Origin: an uncultured Bacteroidaceae bacterium | GTDB taxonomy: Bacteria; Bacteroidota; Bacteroidia; Bacteroidales; GCA-2748055 | DNA length: 64,000 nt | Direction of reading: 5' to 3' | Assembly (NCBI GenBank): GCA_964538375.1 | Contig: CAZIFQ010000010.1 | Span: 12,738-76,737 of the forward strand | Shown: in pieces, positions 32,113 through 42,912 of the stretch | Layout of the letters: the number at the start of each line of letters is the position of its first letter | Position numbering within the stretch: the stretch's first letter is position 1 | Position numbers and translations under genes: made by a program | Notes under the pieces: model-generated | Databases searched by the model: none | The model's input: the letters and a program-made list of their open reading frames with translations, nothing else | What the model was told of the DNA's origin: nothing

Positions 32113-33555
32113 ATGCTTAAACAAAGACTTCAGCAAAAACTTTTACAAAAGTTATCGCCACAGCAGATTCAGATGATCAAGCTGCTGGAGATTCCCGCCA
32201 TACAGCTGGAGCAAAGGATCAAGAAGGAATTGGAAGAAAATCCTGTATTGGAAGAAGGGGCTGAGGACCAGTATACTGATGAGGATACAGATCCACTGGA
32301 CAGCACAGATCAGGAGGAATTTTCGCTCGAGGACTATATGCAGGATGATGAGATTCCTACCTATAAACTCCAGTCTCAGAACTACTCAAAAGATGATAAA
32401 CATGAGGAAATTCCTTTTTCACTGGGGAGCAGCTTCAAGGAGCAGTTAAGCGATCAGCTTGGACTCAGGAAACTCTCAGAAAAGCAAATACTACTGGCAG
32501 AATATATCATTGGTAATATTGACGATGACGGATATGTCAGGCGTGAATTAGAAGCGATCTCGGATGATCTTGCATTTGCATACGGAACCGAAACATCTTA
32601 TGAAGAACTGCATGAAGTATTGATGGTTATACAGGACTTTGATCCTGCAGGAGTCGGAGCAAGAAGTTTGCAGGAGTGCCTGATGCTGCAATTAAAAAGA
32701 AATGATATTGAGGATCCTGTGCATGAAACGGCATATAAAATTCTGAAATTCCATTTCAATGAATTTACAAACAAGCATTTCAACAAGATCATCCAGCGTT
32801 TATCTATTACCGAAGAGGAACTTAAGGAGTCTCTGGATGTAATACTGAAATTAAATCCAAAGCCGGGAGGAGCATTTGGAGATGCTCAAAGCAAATCATT
32901 TCACCAAATCGTGCCGGACTTTATCCTGGAAGTAAACGAAGGTGAATTTCAGCTTTATCTCAATTCAAACAATGTTCCAGAATTGCGGGTAAGTAAGACC
33001 TATTCTGAAATGTTGGAATCTTATAGTGCCAACAAAAAGAACGCAACAAAAGACGCCAAGGATGCCGTGACATTTGTAAAGCAGAAATTAGATTCTGCCA
33101 AGTGGTTTATCGATGCAATTCGCCAGAGACAAAACACCTTGTTGTCAACAATGGAGTCCATCCTTGAGTATCAATCGGCCTATTTTACTGAGGGGGATGA
33201 AACTATGATGCGCCCCATGATATTAAAAGATATAGCTGATATTACAGGGCTTGATATATCTACAATTTCAAGGGTAGTTAACAGCAAATATATTCAAACT
33301 CATTTTGGAATATTTCCATTGAAATACTTCTTCTCTGAAGGGATGCAAACTGATTCGGGAGAAGAGGTATCAACACGTGAAATAAAGAAAATCCTTCAGG
33401 ATTGTATCGATGGAGAAGATAAGCGTAAGCCGCTTACTGATGACCGGCTTGCAGTAATCTTACAAGAAAAAGGATATCAGATAGCTCGTCGGACCGTGGC
33501 AAAATACAGGGAACAGCTCAACTTACCGGTGGCACGATTGCGAAAAGAATTATAA
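32113..33555 (+). CDS. rpoN: RNA polymerase sigma-54 factor
   Basis: Q/L-rich region I, STISRV HTH, RpoN box ARRTVAKYRE. Confidence 0.98.
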   Translation: MLKQRLQQKLLQKLSPQQIQMIKLLEIPAIQLEQRIKKELEENPVLEEGAEDQYTDEDTDPLDSTDQEEFSLEDYMQDDEIPTYKLQSQNYSKDDKHEEIPFSLGSSFKEQLSDQLGLRKLSEKQILLAEYIIGNIDDDGYVRRELEAISDDLAFAYGTETSYEELHEVLMVIQDFDPAGVGARSLQECLMLQLKRNDIEDPVHETAYKILKFHFNEFTNKHFNKIIQRLSITEEELKESLDVILKLNPKPGGAFGDAQSKSFHQIVPDFILEVNEGEFQLYLNSNNVPELRVSKTYSEMLESYSANKKNATKDAKDAVTFVKQKLDSAKWFIDAIRQRQNTLLSTMESILEYQSAYFTEGDETMMRPMILKDIADITGLDISTISRVVNSKYIQTHFGIFPLKYFFSEGMQTDSGEEVSTREIKKILQDCIDGEDKRKPLTDDRLAVILQEKGYQIARRTVAKYREQLNLPVARLRKEL

Positions 33556-33563
33556 TTACACTT

Positions 33564-34181
33564 ATGGAGAAACTTCTTGCAAAAATCTTCTCTGTCTTGT
33601 TTCACCCACTTTTAATGACTACAGCCGGATTGCTGATACTTTTTAATTCGGGAACCTCACTTGCAGTAGTCCAGCCAGAGGTAAAAAGAATATCCATGAT
33701 TGTGGTTTTTTTGTTTACCTGTGTGTTTCCCATTGGACTCTTTGTAATGCTATACTTGACGAAGATGATCAAAGATTTTGAAATATCTGAAAAGGGAGAG
33801 AGAACCTTGCCCATTGCGCTGACCATTGTCCTTTTGCTATTTACTTTTTTTGTGATGAGAGGGATTCCTCAATTGGAACGCGGACATATTTCATTTTTAT
33901 TGGCACCTTCAGTTGGGATGTTACTCGTGCTGATTATTAACAATTACATGAAAGTTAGTATACATATGCTTGGGATAGGAGGGGTCCTGGGAATGCTACT
34001 TATCGTCATCGTATTTTACAATGCGCCATTACAAACGCTGTTCGTATTGATGATACTTGCTGCGGGAATTACTGGTACAGCGAGGTTAATTCTTAAATCA
34101 CATACTCCTAAAGAGCTATTGGTAGGTTTGCTGACAGGGTTTATGACTACCGCTATGATAATGATTATTTTCTTAATCTGA
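33564..34181 (+). CDS. integral membrane protein, PAP2-like
   Basis: Multiple TM helices; KVSIH and ARLILKSHTPKEL motifs. Confidence 0.7.
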   Translation: MEKLLAKIFSVLFHPLLMTTAGLLILFNSGTSLAVVQPEVKRISMIVVFLFTCVFPIGLFVMLYLTKMIKDFEISEKGERTLPIALTIVLLLFTFFVMRGIPQLERGHISFLLAPSVGMLLVLIINNYMKVSIHMLGIGGVLGMLLIVIVFYNAPLQTLFVLMILAAGITGTARLILKSHTPKELLVGLLTGFMTTAMIMIIFLI

Positions 34182-34676
34182 TATTTTCAGCCCCCGGGAT
34201 TTTGGAACGGGTTTGTTCCTGGATCTTTTCGGCCGTTCAGGGTCAACTTCCTTATAGACTTTCTTCTGAACTTCCTCCTGTATGTTCTCTTTTTCAACTT
34301 TCTGTTCCTTATCAAGTTGATCCTTCAACAGGTTTAGCTTCATCAGGACTTCATCATACAAATCGTCTAGTAAATGAGGATATTTTGTATACTCTTTTAA
34401 CGTTAGTTCAAATGTTTCTCTTTCAACTTCGTGATCAACAAAAATCAATCCATACAAATCAATGCTATCGTTTGGATTGTATTTGCGGTAATAAGATACA
34501 TCATTCGTGATTCCATCCAGAAGATGAATATCCACCATTAGCTCAACCATCTCATCCCGGGGTAGAAATTTTTTTCCCTTGATTTGTTTTTTTTCATTAC
34601 AGCCGGAGGCGAGAAGTATAAATACTGATGCCAGGAGGATTGAAATACCTGGTCGAAAAGATCTATTTGATGTCAT
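34173..34676 (-). CDS. DUF4296-like lipoprotein
   Basis: Lipobox ASGC; MVELMVDIHLLD..IFVDHEV..EYTKYP..LYDEV. Confidence 0.75.
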   Translation of the reverse strand: MTSNRSFRPGISILLASVFILLASGCNEKKQIKGKKFLPRDEMVELMVDIHLLDGITNDVSYYRKYNPNDSIDLYGLIFVDHEVERETFELTLKEYTKYPHLLDDLYDEVLMKLNLLKDQLDKEQKVEKENIQEEVQKKVYKEVDPERPKRSRNKPVPKSRGLKISD

Positions 34677-35559
34677 TGAACCTGTATCCTATCATTAATT
34701 CATGTGAACCCAAATTGTATTTTCTCAAGTCAGTGATACCAATATCATAGGCATATCCGAAGTAGAATTTGTCATCGTAATTATAGCCAGCCATTAGACT
34801 AATGGCTTCGTGAAAACGGTATCCGATTCCCGCCCAAACCATCTCCTGCCATTCAACTTTAGTGTTTAGTTCGAAACGGAATTCTTTTGGAGCAGTGGCC
34901 TTTATAATTACTGCCGGTTCCAGGATCCAATCTGGGTCAACCTCAAATCTATATCCCCCGGTAATAAATAGATGGCTCTTGAGTTTATTCAGGCCGGTTT
35001 TTTCATCAAATATTGTGAGTTTATTATTCAAAAGTTGAGCAACAGAGATACCTGCATAAAACTCATCTGCATACATATATACTCCAATACCCGCATCAGG
35101 CACATAAGTAGTACTTACTACTCCCTGGATAACATAATCAGAAGGATCTTGAGGGGTAAGCTGAGTACCATCAATTTTATATTGTAACACACTGAAAGAA
35201 AGCCCCATTGACAGCCTTATGTCTGGTGTAATAGCAATATTGTAAGCATATGATCCGGTAGCGCCGGTTCTACTGGTCGGGCCAGTAACATCGGTATAGA
35301 TATATCCTCCAAATCCCATGTCCATTTTTGTATGGGGTCCATAAAATGCTATCGAGTTGGTAAGGGGCGGATCTACCATGCCAACCCATTGAAAGCGATG
35401 ATTTGTCCGAATTTGATAGTAGTCATGAACTCCGGCCAGGGCAGGATTGATAACGAAATCATTGAACATGTATTGAGAATACTGTGGCAACTGTTGTCCT
35501 GTAAGATTCATTGATCCGGCAAGAAACAGCAACAATATGTATGTATATAGTTTTCTCAT
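34663..35559 (-). CDS. T9SS membrane protein, PorP/SprF family
   Basis: QQLPQYSQYMFN..INPA, RFQWVG, GYAYD, GSHELMIGYRF; directly downstream of a type B CTD protein. Confidence 0.93.
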   Translation of the reverse strand: MRKLYTYILLLFLAGSMNLTGQQLPQYSQYMFNDFVINPALAGVHDYYQIRTNHRFQWVGMVDPPLTNSIAFYGPHTKMDMGFGGYIYTDVTGPTSRTGATGSYAYNIAITPDIRLSMGLSFSVLQYKIDGTQLTPQDPSDYVIQGVVSTTYVPDAGIGVYMYADEFYAGISVAQLLNNKLTIFDEKTGLNKLKSHLFITGGYRFEVDPDWILEPAVIIKATAPKEFRFELNTKVEWQEMVWAGIGYRFHEAISLMAGYNYDDKFYFGYAYDIGITDLRKYNLGSHELMIGYRFNDIK

Positions 35560-35562
35560 TCT

Positions 35563-38500
35563 TTACCGTATAATCGTTACATTACCTGTTATTGGTGTTG
35601 CGTCAGGATAAGGTATAATTATATAATAATATGTGCCAATAGGAACGTCTTTGCCTTTAGATGTACCATCCCAGCGTTTGTCATCTGAATACCCGATGGA
35701 AGAAAATACCCTGCTTCCCCAGCGCGTGTAAACTTCGACTAACATTTGTGGGAATCGACTTGCATTTTCAATCTCAAAATACTGGTTAATGTCATCTCCA
35801 TTATTTGGAGAAAAAGCATTGAAAACTGTAATGTCCTCAATAACCTCAATACGCACAGAATCTGATTCAACACATCCATTTTCGTTGGTTGCATAGACGA
35901 CGTAAATAATCGTACTTTGTGCTGTTGCAAGCGGATCAGCTATATCATTGGCGTCCAGACCGGATGAAGGAACCCAGTTATAAGATTCAATCGGGCCACC
36001 AATTGCTTCAAGCTGAATTGTTTGTCCTTCAAGAGCAACAGTATCCTGTGTGACTTCTATACCAACAATTGGCAGTATAGTTATAGTCATTGAATCAATA
36101 TCATAACAACCATATGGGGATGACGTTTCAGTCTCAGTATATGCATAGGTAATTGTTTCAATTACCTCAACAGCAATTGGATTAGATATACCCTGGTTGC
36201 TCAGGTAGGTTACTGGTTCCCAAAGCACAACATCTCCTGCTTTTCCATCAAGTATAATAGTTTCACCCTGGCAGATTGTTGTGTCCTGTCCGGCATCAGC
36301 ATTTAAAATGATCAGCGAAGAAATAAAGATATCCTCTGTAATACTGCAGCTAGTGTTATCTGTAATTATAACACTGTAATTTCCCGCAACAACATTAGTT
36401 AAATCCTCTGTGGTGCTCCCGTTGGACCAGCTATATGAATAAGCTCCAGTTCCTCCGGCTACTGTAATATCAACTGCGCCGGTCTCACTGAATGCATTGC
36501 AATTGGCTGCTGTTGGAATAGAATTTACCAGGAGCTGATCTGGCTCATCAATATAAACAGAATCCCAGTATAGCTTGCCGTCTTCATCGAAAGCTCTTAA
36601 AATGTACATGATGTCTCCGGGAAGGTCTTCAAAGCGTGCTGAAGTAACATAAATTGCACCATCATCAATGGAATATTGTACTTCTCCGACACCATCCTGG
36701 GGTTGGAATTCAATGAAACCATCATCAGCACCAAAGCATGATACATCGCTTGAATCAATGATCATGATTAAGGGTAATATATCATAGATATGGATAGTTT
36801 CTTCATGTACACAGCCAAGGGCATCTCTCACAACTACATCATAGTCTCCTGTAACAAGGTCTGTATAAGACATGGTTGAAGAGAATGTTCCTGTTAATCC
36901 GTCAATGGAATAATCATATGGAGGAGTTCCGCCAGATGGAGAGGATATGGTAATGGTACCAAGTACATCATCTACATAATCAGTTTTATCGATTGTGGCA
37001 GTAATTTCTAATGGCTCATTGATTGTAACGTCAACGGTGGATGTGCATCCTCCTGTATCTCTCGCGTAGATGGTATATTCTCCGCCTGCTATTCCGGGAA
37101 AGTCGCCGCTGGCCTGGTAAGTCATTCCGCCGTTTGAATATTCAAATGATTCCCACCCGCCGGTTGCTGTTGCGGAAATGATCCCGTTCGTTCCTCCATA
37201 ACATGGAGACACGTGTGTAAGCAATGCGTTAAGGGAAATAGGTATCGGATTAACAAATGTATAATCATTTACATGCAATGCGCAGCCATTGTTGTCTTTC
37301 ACATATACTTCGTAGGTGTCAGGTATTAAGCCAGTAAATGAAGCAGAGCTTCCAAAAGTAACTCCATTGTCAATAGAGTATTCGTAAGGAGGTGTTCCCC
37401 CGGAAATATATATATATATTTCGGCATCATTTGATCCGTTACATGAAATGAAATCAGTTCTTACGGAGTCAACAACTATGACTGTGGGTTCTTTTACAGT
37501 AATGATGTTGCTTGTAACAGGGCCACATAGAGCTGCATCAACAACATCCACAGTATAGTCACCTGCCGGTAGACCACTGAAGGTTCCATTATTCTGTGGC
37601 GGCAATAAAGCTGGATTCAGAGTAAAGATATATGGCGTTGTTCCTCCCGTAACGTTTGTCAAGACTGAACCGGTTGATGCACCGTTGCAAGCAACTGCAA
37701 TAGTGTCCTCCAAAATAAATGTTATCGGGTCAGGTTCAGTTATTGTTAACAGCGTATCTGTTTTACATCCATTAATATCTTTCGCTGTAGCCGCAGTGTC
37801 GCCTGCAACCAAACCTGTAAATAATCCTAAAACCTGGAAGCTCAGGTCATTCAATGAATACTGTGGTACCCCGGTTCCTCCTGTAGCATGTAAGTCTAAT
37901 TCCCCATTGTTTCCTCCGCTACATCCTGTAACGTTGGTGATGTCTGCCTGGTCAAAAACCAACTTGTCAGGTCTCAAAACCTCCATTAAGGTATCTTTTG
38001 TACACAAACTATCATCAATGATCTGAACATCATAAGATCCTCCTATAAGATTCAGAAATTCGCCGTTGATTTGAGTTGCTCCTCCATTTATTGAGTATAA
38101 CAGCGTTCCTGTCCCTCCACTGGCAATTAAGGCGATACGTCCCTCGGGAGTGTCCCAACATTCAGTAACATTATCTACTTCATGAAAAGGTATAGATATG
38201 GGGAAAGGTTCATCAACCTCAAGAGCGCCATTGATGGTTCTTTCGCACCCGACATTGTCTTTTATCCTGAAGTCATAAAAACCTCCAGGAAGATTTGGAA
38301 AGGAACTTTCCGTTTGCCAGTTGACGCCTCCATTGATAGTGAATTGATAGGGAGGTACACCTCCACTATATGTATTCACAGCAATTTCTGCATCAGCATC
38401 TCCATTGCAGGTATTAGACCCAAAAACACCATAGTCGGTATAACTAATCTGCCCTGGCTGATTCACTGCAATTGCATCACTTGTTTCACAGCCATTGAAA

Positions 38501-41484
38501 TCTTTGGTATAAATAGTGTATGTTCCTGCTGGTAGTCCTGTAAATAAGTTACTTCCCTGGTAGGGGAATCCAAGCTTTCGGTATTCATATGGTGCAACAC
38601 CACCGCTTGGTGTAACTTCTATTTCTCCTGTTAATTCACTATAGCAAGTAACATCTGTTGGAGTAAGTATTGATGAGAGTTCAGCGGGCTGTGTAAGTAT
38701 TACAGCATCAGGATAAGTAACCATACAAATACTGTTATCAGTAACTTCAAGGGTGTATTTATTTGCTGAAAGAAGGATTGGATCCTCATCCGTTGAAACG
38801 ACTGTCCCAAGGCTGTCTTTCCAAACAACGCTGTAAGGTGCTGATCCTCCGGAAATTGATATGTCAATATCACCATTATTATCACCAAAGCACAAGAGGT
38901 TGGTTTGTCCGTCAAATGATACGGTAATAGCTGTCGGTTCACTAATGGTTGCTACGTTCGTAAATACATTTGAACAGGTATGGGAATCTGTTACAGTAAG
39001 GTCGTATTGTCCAGCTTCCAGACCGGTAACATCTGCAGTGGTTTCGTTAAATCCATTTGGTCCGGACCAAAGAAAAGTGTATCCTGGTGTTCCTCCGGCG
39101 GGAATAACTGAGATTGTTCCGTCATCATTCCCATTACATGTAATATTATCAGATGTTGCACCGAAGGTAATCTCTGTAGGTTCACTTATGGTGACCTCAT
39201 TGGGATAGTCAGTACTACATAATTTGGAATCCTCGAGCAGCAAAGAATAGTCACCAGGTTCGAGTCCGCTTATATCTTTTGTAAATTGGGGGAAGGCTCC
39301 CGGACCATTCCATGTGAAATTATATGGTGCAGTTCCTCCGCTAAGGGTTATGTCAATTGCTCCGTCGTCTGATTCAAAACAATTTGCATCTAAAGGGCTA
39401 AATATTGCTACCAGCGGATCCGGTTCAGAAACTTTTTCTGCCGGGAAATCCTGGGTACAAAAAAGAGCGTCTGTTACTGTTAATGTATAATCCGCTGCTG
39501 CTAGTCCTGCAATATCTTCAGTGTTATTCGTATAGGGAAGTGGACTGTCCCAACTATAAGTATATGGTCCAACACCTCCATTTATTGTAGCATCAATTGC
39601 GCCATTTCCAGATGCATTACACTGGAGGTTAGTGACATCGAATGTGGCAGTGATTTCTGTGTTTTCGTTTACTACAAGGCCTCCGAATACTTCAAAGCAT
39701 GAATGTGAATCAGTAATCGTTACTTCGTATGTTCCGGCAATTAGGCCGGTTTGATCTTCACTGTTTGGTGAGGAGATACCGGGGCCTATCCAGACAAAAC
39801 TATAGGGAGAGGTTCCTCCGGCCGGTGAAATATCAATTGCACCTGTTGCACCGGTATGACAATTGACAGGCGTGATAATTTCTGTCTTGGTAATTACAGC
39901 AGGTTCACCAATCACTGCGAAGTTATTAATTATTAGTTCACATGCCTGGTTATCAGTGAGTTTAATCTTATAAGTATCAGCAAACAAGTTAGTCGGATTA
40001 GTTCCCGTACTGGTGTGAGCGGGATTTATCCCTGTCCACTCAATTGTATATCCCGGAGTGCCTCCACTAACTGTTGCCTCCGCAGTTCCATTATTATCAC
40101 CATTACATATGGCATTTTTTGAGCTTAGCAGGGATGCTGCGACTGCCGTTGGTTCCCCAAGATTTATCGTATCCGAAAAGATTTTAGGACATCCTTTGTT
40201 ATCTATAACCTGAAGTGTATATAAGCCGGCAGAAAGTATACCAGTTGGATCTTCATCACCTGAGTTAACCGGTCCTGTCCAATTGGTGCTTGCATATGGT
40301 TGAGTACCACCGCTGATTGATACTTCAATGGAACCATCGGAGAACCCATAACATGTAGGTTCAACAACTTTATCAATACTTAGGGCAATCAGCTTAGGCT
40401 CAAAGATTTCAGCCGCCGGGTTGTATATTTTTGTACATCCGTCATCGTCAATTATCGTTACCTTGTATTCATCAGCGATCAGGTCATCAGGATTTCGTTT
40501 TGTACTTGTATGCCCTGTAGTAAGCCCTTCCCATAAGAAAGTAACAGGATTTTTTCCGCCGGTGAGAGAGATATTTATCTTGCCTGTACTTCCTCCATAG
40601 CATAAGACGCTATCGGAAGAGACTACAGTCATGATTATCTCCGCGGCTTCTCCAACTGTATAATCACCGCCTAAAACAGTACATTCATTTGCATCGGTAA
40701 CGGTCACTTTGTAAGCCCCTGCTATTAATCCAGTTTGGTCTTCAACGGTTGGGAATACAATACCGGGCCCCTCCCAGAAATAAGTATAGGTAACTCCACC
40801 AAATGGTGTTCCTCCTGCAGCAGTAATATCAATGGAACCGCTTGCATCACCATAGCAAAGGGCATCAGTAATTAAATCATCAGTTACTGTTAACAGGGGC
40901 GGTATGTCAATAAACAAATTTGTGGTGTCATCAGTACTTAAACAGGAACCGGTATTGTCTGTAACCGTAACAGTATATGTACCTGTACCCAGATCGATAA
41001 ATAGCCCATCAAGATTATTCTTTGAGTCGGCTCCGGTTAAGGTATAAAGCAGATTGCCTGCTTCACCAGTAGCTTTCACATCAATGATTCCGTCATTGAC
41101 CCCGGCACAATTGATGTCAGAAATAGTTGTTGATATTATTTGAATAGGATCAGGACCTCCAATAGTAACCGGATTCAGAAATAGAGGAGATGTTTCAGTA
41201 TGACCTATGTCGTCAATAATAATGTATCCAACCCCTTTAGGATGATCTTTGAATTGGACTATTCTGCTCGCAGTAAAAGCTGCGTCAACCACCACGCCCT
41301 CTAGAAAAAAGGTGTAACTCAGATTCCCAATCCCTCCGCTTACTTCAATATCAACAATTCCGTCTGAAAGACCACCACAACTAACATTGGTAATGGAAGA
41401 ATCAACAAGTGTGATCGTCTGCGCCTGCATGGTGATTGTAGTCACCAACAGCAGAAATATATTTATGAATACCTTTTTCCCCAT
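35563..41484 (-). CDS. SprB-repeat large adhesin with T9SS type B (gliding motility-associated) CTD
   Basis: About 20 Cys-containing repeats (C-G--G-I----GG--PY-Y-W..L--G-Y---V-D---C); C-terminal NAFSPNNGDDIN..WDG..GTYYYI..VTIIR. Confidence 0.92.
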   Translation of the reverse strand: MGKKVFINIFLLLVTTITMQAQTITLVDSSITNVSCGGLSDGIVDIEVSGGIGNLSYTFFLEGVVVDAAFTASRIVQFKDHPKGVGYIIIDDIGHTETSPLFLNPVTIGGPDPIQIISTTISDINCAGVNDGIIDVKATGEAGNLLYTLTGADSKNNLDGLFIDLGTGTYTVTVTDNTGSCLSTDDTTNLFIDIPPLLTVTDDLITDALCYGDASGSIDITAAGGTPFGGVTYTYFWEGPGIVFPTVEDQTGLIAGAYKVTVTDANECTVLGGDYTVGEAAEIIMTVVSSDSVLCYGGSTGKINISLTGGKNPVTFLWEGLTTGHTSTKRNPDDLIADEYKVTIIDDDGCTKIYNPAAEIFEPKLIALSIDKVVEPTCYGFSDGSIEVSISGGTQPYASTNWTGPVNSGDEDPTGILSAGLYTLQVIDNKGCPKIFSDTINLGEPTAVAASLLSSKNAICNGDNNGTAEATVSGGTPGYTIEWTGINPAHTSTGTNPTNLFADTYKIKLTDNQACELIINNFAVIGEPAVITKTEIITPVNCHTGATGAIDISPAGGTSPYSFVWIGPGISSPNSEDQTGLIAGTYEVTITDSHSCFEVFGGLVVNENTEITATFDVTNLQCNASGNGAIDATINGGVGPYTYSWDSPLPYTNNTEDIAGLAAADYTLTVTDALFCTQDFPAEKVSEPDPLVAIFSPLDANCFESDDGAIDITLSGGTAPYNFTWNGPGAFPQFTKDISGLEPGDYSLLLEDSKLCSTDYPNEVTISEPTEITFGATSDNITCNGNDDGTISVIPAGGTPGYTFLWSGPNGFNETTADVTGLEAGQYDLTVTDSHTCSNVFTNVATISEPTAITVSFDGQTNLLCFGDNNGDIDISISGGSAPYSVVWKDSLGTVVSTDEDPILLSANKYTLEVTDNSICMVTYPDAVILTQPAELSSILTPTDVTCYSELTGEIEVTPSGGVAPYEYRKLGFPYQGSNLFTGLPAGTYTIYTKDFNGCETSDAIAVNQPGQISYTDYGVFGSNTCNGDADAEIAVNTYSGGVPPYQFTINGGVNWQTESSFPNLPGGFYDFRIKDNVGCERTINGALEVDEPFPISIPFHEVDNVTECWDTPEGRIALIASGGTGTLLYSINGGATQINGEFLNLIGGSYDVQIIDDSLCTKDTLMEVLRPDKLVFDQADITNVTGCSGGNNGELDLHATGGTGVPQYSLNDLSFQVLGLFTGLVAGDTAATAKDINGCKTDTLLTITEPDPITFILEDTIAVACNGASTGSVLTNVTGGTTPYIFTLNPALLPPQNNGTFSGLPAGDYTVDVVDAALCGPVTSNIITVKEPTVIVVDSVRTDFISCNGSNDAEIYIYISGGTPPYEYSIDNGVTFGSSASFTGLIPDTYEVYVKDNNGCALHVNDYTFVNPIPISLNALLTHVSPCYGGTNGIISATATGGWESFEYSNGGMTYQASGDFPGIAGGEYTIYARDTGGCTSTVDVTINEPLEITATIDKTDYVDDVLGTITISSPSGGTPPYDYSIDGLTGTFSSTMSYTDLVTGDYDVVVRDALGCVHEETIHIYDILPLIMIIDSSDVSCFGADDGFIEFQPQDGVGEVQYSIDDGAIYVTSARFEDLPGDIMYILRAFDEDGKLYWDSVYIDEPDQLLVNSIPTAANCNAFSETGAVDITVAGGTGAYSYSWSNGSTTEDLTNVVAGNYSVIITDNTSCSITEDIFISSLIILNADAGQDTTICQGETIILDGKAGDVVLWEPVTYLSNQGISNPIAVEVIETITYAYTETETSSPYGCYDIDSMTITILPIVGIEVTQDTVALEGQTIQLEAIGGPIESYNWVPSSGLDANDIADPLATAQSTIIYVVYATNENGCVESDSVRIEVIEDITVFNAFSPNNGDDINQYFEIENASRFPQMLVEVYTRWGSRVFSSIGYSDDKRWDGTSKGKDVPIGTYYYIIIPYPDATPITGNVTIIR

Positions 41485-41535
41485 ACTATACCTTTAAGGT
41501 CTGCCGAATTGTATCGCACACTAAACTGAGAGCTT

Positions 41536-41563
41536 ATACGTATTACGTTCGCATAAAGTTTCG
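41536..41563 (-). promoter_or_regulatory. ECF-sigma-like promoter upstream of SprB-like gene
   Basis: Minus strand CGAAAC-N17-CGTAT, 52 nt before the ATG. Confidence 0.4.
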
Positions 41564-41673
41564 TGTATTTTGTCAAAGTTTTACCTTAACTCATAAATTT
41601 AGAATATTTTTAAATAGGCCTGTTATTATTTATCAACAAGTTCATGTAGCGTAAAGAGTTAATAAATAGCCAA

Positions 41674-42912
41674 TTAACTCATGTTTCCGCTTTCCATCTG
41701 TTTTAAATATCTTTTACTGATTACTCTCACAGGGTACATGGCTGCAAGGAAACCTATAAATAACACGGTCAGCCACACCAGCAATACATCTCCAATTTGT
41801 AAATCAACCGGATAAGCATCAATAATAAATGTTCCGCTTCCGCTTAGTTTTATAAGTTCAAATTTATCCTGTATCCAACTGATTCCTGCGCCAAAAAATA
41901 GTCCGATAAAAGATCCGGTTATGGAAATAAGCCATCCTTCCATAAGGAAAATTCTACTGATCAGTTTTTCAGTAGCACCCATATTCCTCAAACTTCTGAT
42001 ATCGTTCCTCTTGTCAATGATCAGCATGCTCAACGATCCAATGATGTTGAATGAGGCAATGATTAGTATAAAAGTGAGAATCAAGAAGATAGCCCACTTT
42101 TCTGATTTCATTACTTTGTAGAACAGTTCATTTTGCTCTGCCCTGTTTTTTACATTATAGTCGGGACCCAGGATTTCAATTATTTGGTTCTGAGTTTTTT
42201 CCGGATCAAAAGCATGATCCAGTTTCAATTCTACGGAAGTAATCTCTTCAGTATATTCCAGGAGGTCCCGCATGAATTCAATGGGAACGATTACATACCT
42301 GGAATCGTAATCCTGTTCAATACTAAATATTCCTGAGGGAAAGATATGTTTTCTTCTAAAGGCATCATCCGGATTGGCAACATTGATTTGTCCTAAACGC
42401 TTTGGCATATATACGAAAAGAGGATTTATAAAATTCAGACCAATCTGCAGATTATAGGCCACTCCCTGGCCGACCACAGCATATGATCGGTTCTTATCTT
42501 TAAGTTTCATATTGCCATCGTATACCATAGAGTCGATTCCGGTTACCTGGATAAATGACTCTTCCACGCCTTTGATAGTTGCAATATGCTGTCTCTCTCC
42601 ATACTTAAGTAAGGCGTTTTCTTCAAGGATTTCAGCATAAACAGCTACGCCGGGAAGGTCTTTTAAGGATTCGAACTTTTCATCCGGAATAAAGGTTTTT
42701 CCTTCTACAAGACTTATTTTAATATCGGGATCAAAGGAGTTGAAAAGAGACTTTACTACCTCGTCAAAGCCATTGAAGACAGAAAGGACTACAACAAGTG
42801 CCATTGTACCAACAGCTACCCCAAGCATTGAGATGGCCGAGATAATATTTATGGCATTCTGAGCTTTTCTCGCGAACAGGTATCGACGTGCTATGTAGAG
42901 CGATACTCTCAT
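41674..42912 (-). CDS. lolE: LolC/E-family lipoprotein-releasing ABC permease
   Basis: IARRYLF..AINIIS, SVFNGF, ASFNIIGSLSMLIIDK, LRNMGA; ATG 42912 overlaps the upstream stop (ATGA). Confidence 0.85.
   Translation of the reverse strand: MRVSLYIARRYLFARKAQNAINIISAISMLGVAVGTMALVVVLSVFNGFDEVVKSLFNSFDPDIKISLVEGKTFIPDEKFESLKDLPGVAVYAEILEENALLKYGERQHIATIKGVEESFIQVTGIDSMVYDGNMKLKDKNRSYAVVGQGVAYNLQIGLNFINPLFVYMPKRLGQINVANPDDAFRRKHIFPSGIFSIEQDYDSRYVIVPIEFMRDLLEYTEEITSVELKLDHAFDPEKTQNQIIEILGPDYNVKNRAEQNELFYKVMKSEKWAIFLILTFILIIASFNIIGSLSMLIIDKRNDIRSLRNMGATEKLISRIFLMEGWLISITGSFIGLFFGAGISWIQDKFELIKLSGSGTFIIDAYPVDLQIGDVLLVWLTVLFIGFLAAMYPVRVISKRYLKQMESGNMS

Noticed and set aside
35563-41484. Repetitive appearance suggesting a CRISPR array or DNA repeat
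   Set aside because: The repeats are protein-level SprB units with diverged DNA; no identical direct repeats with spacers
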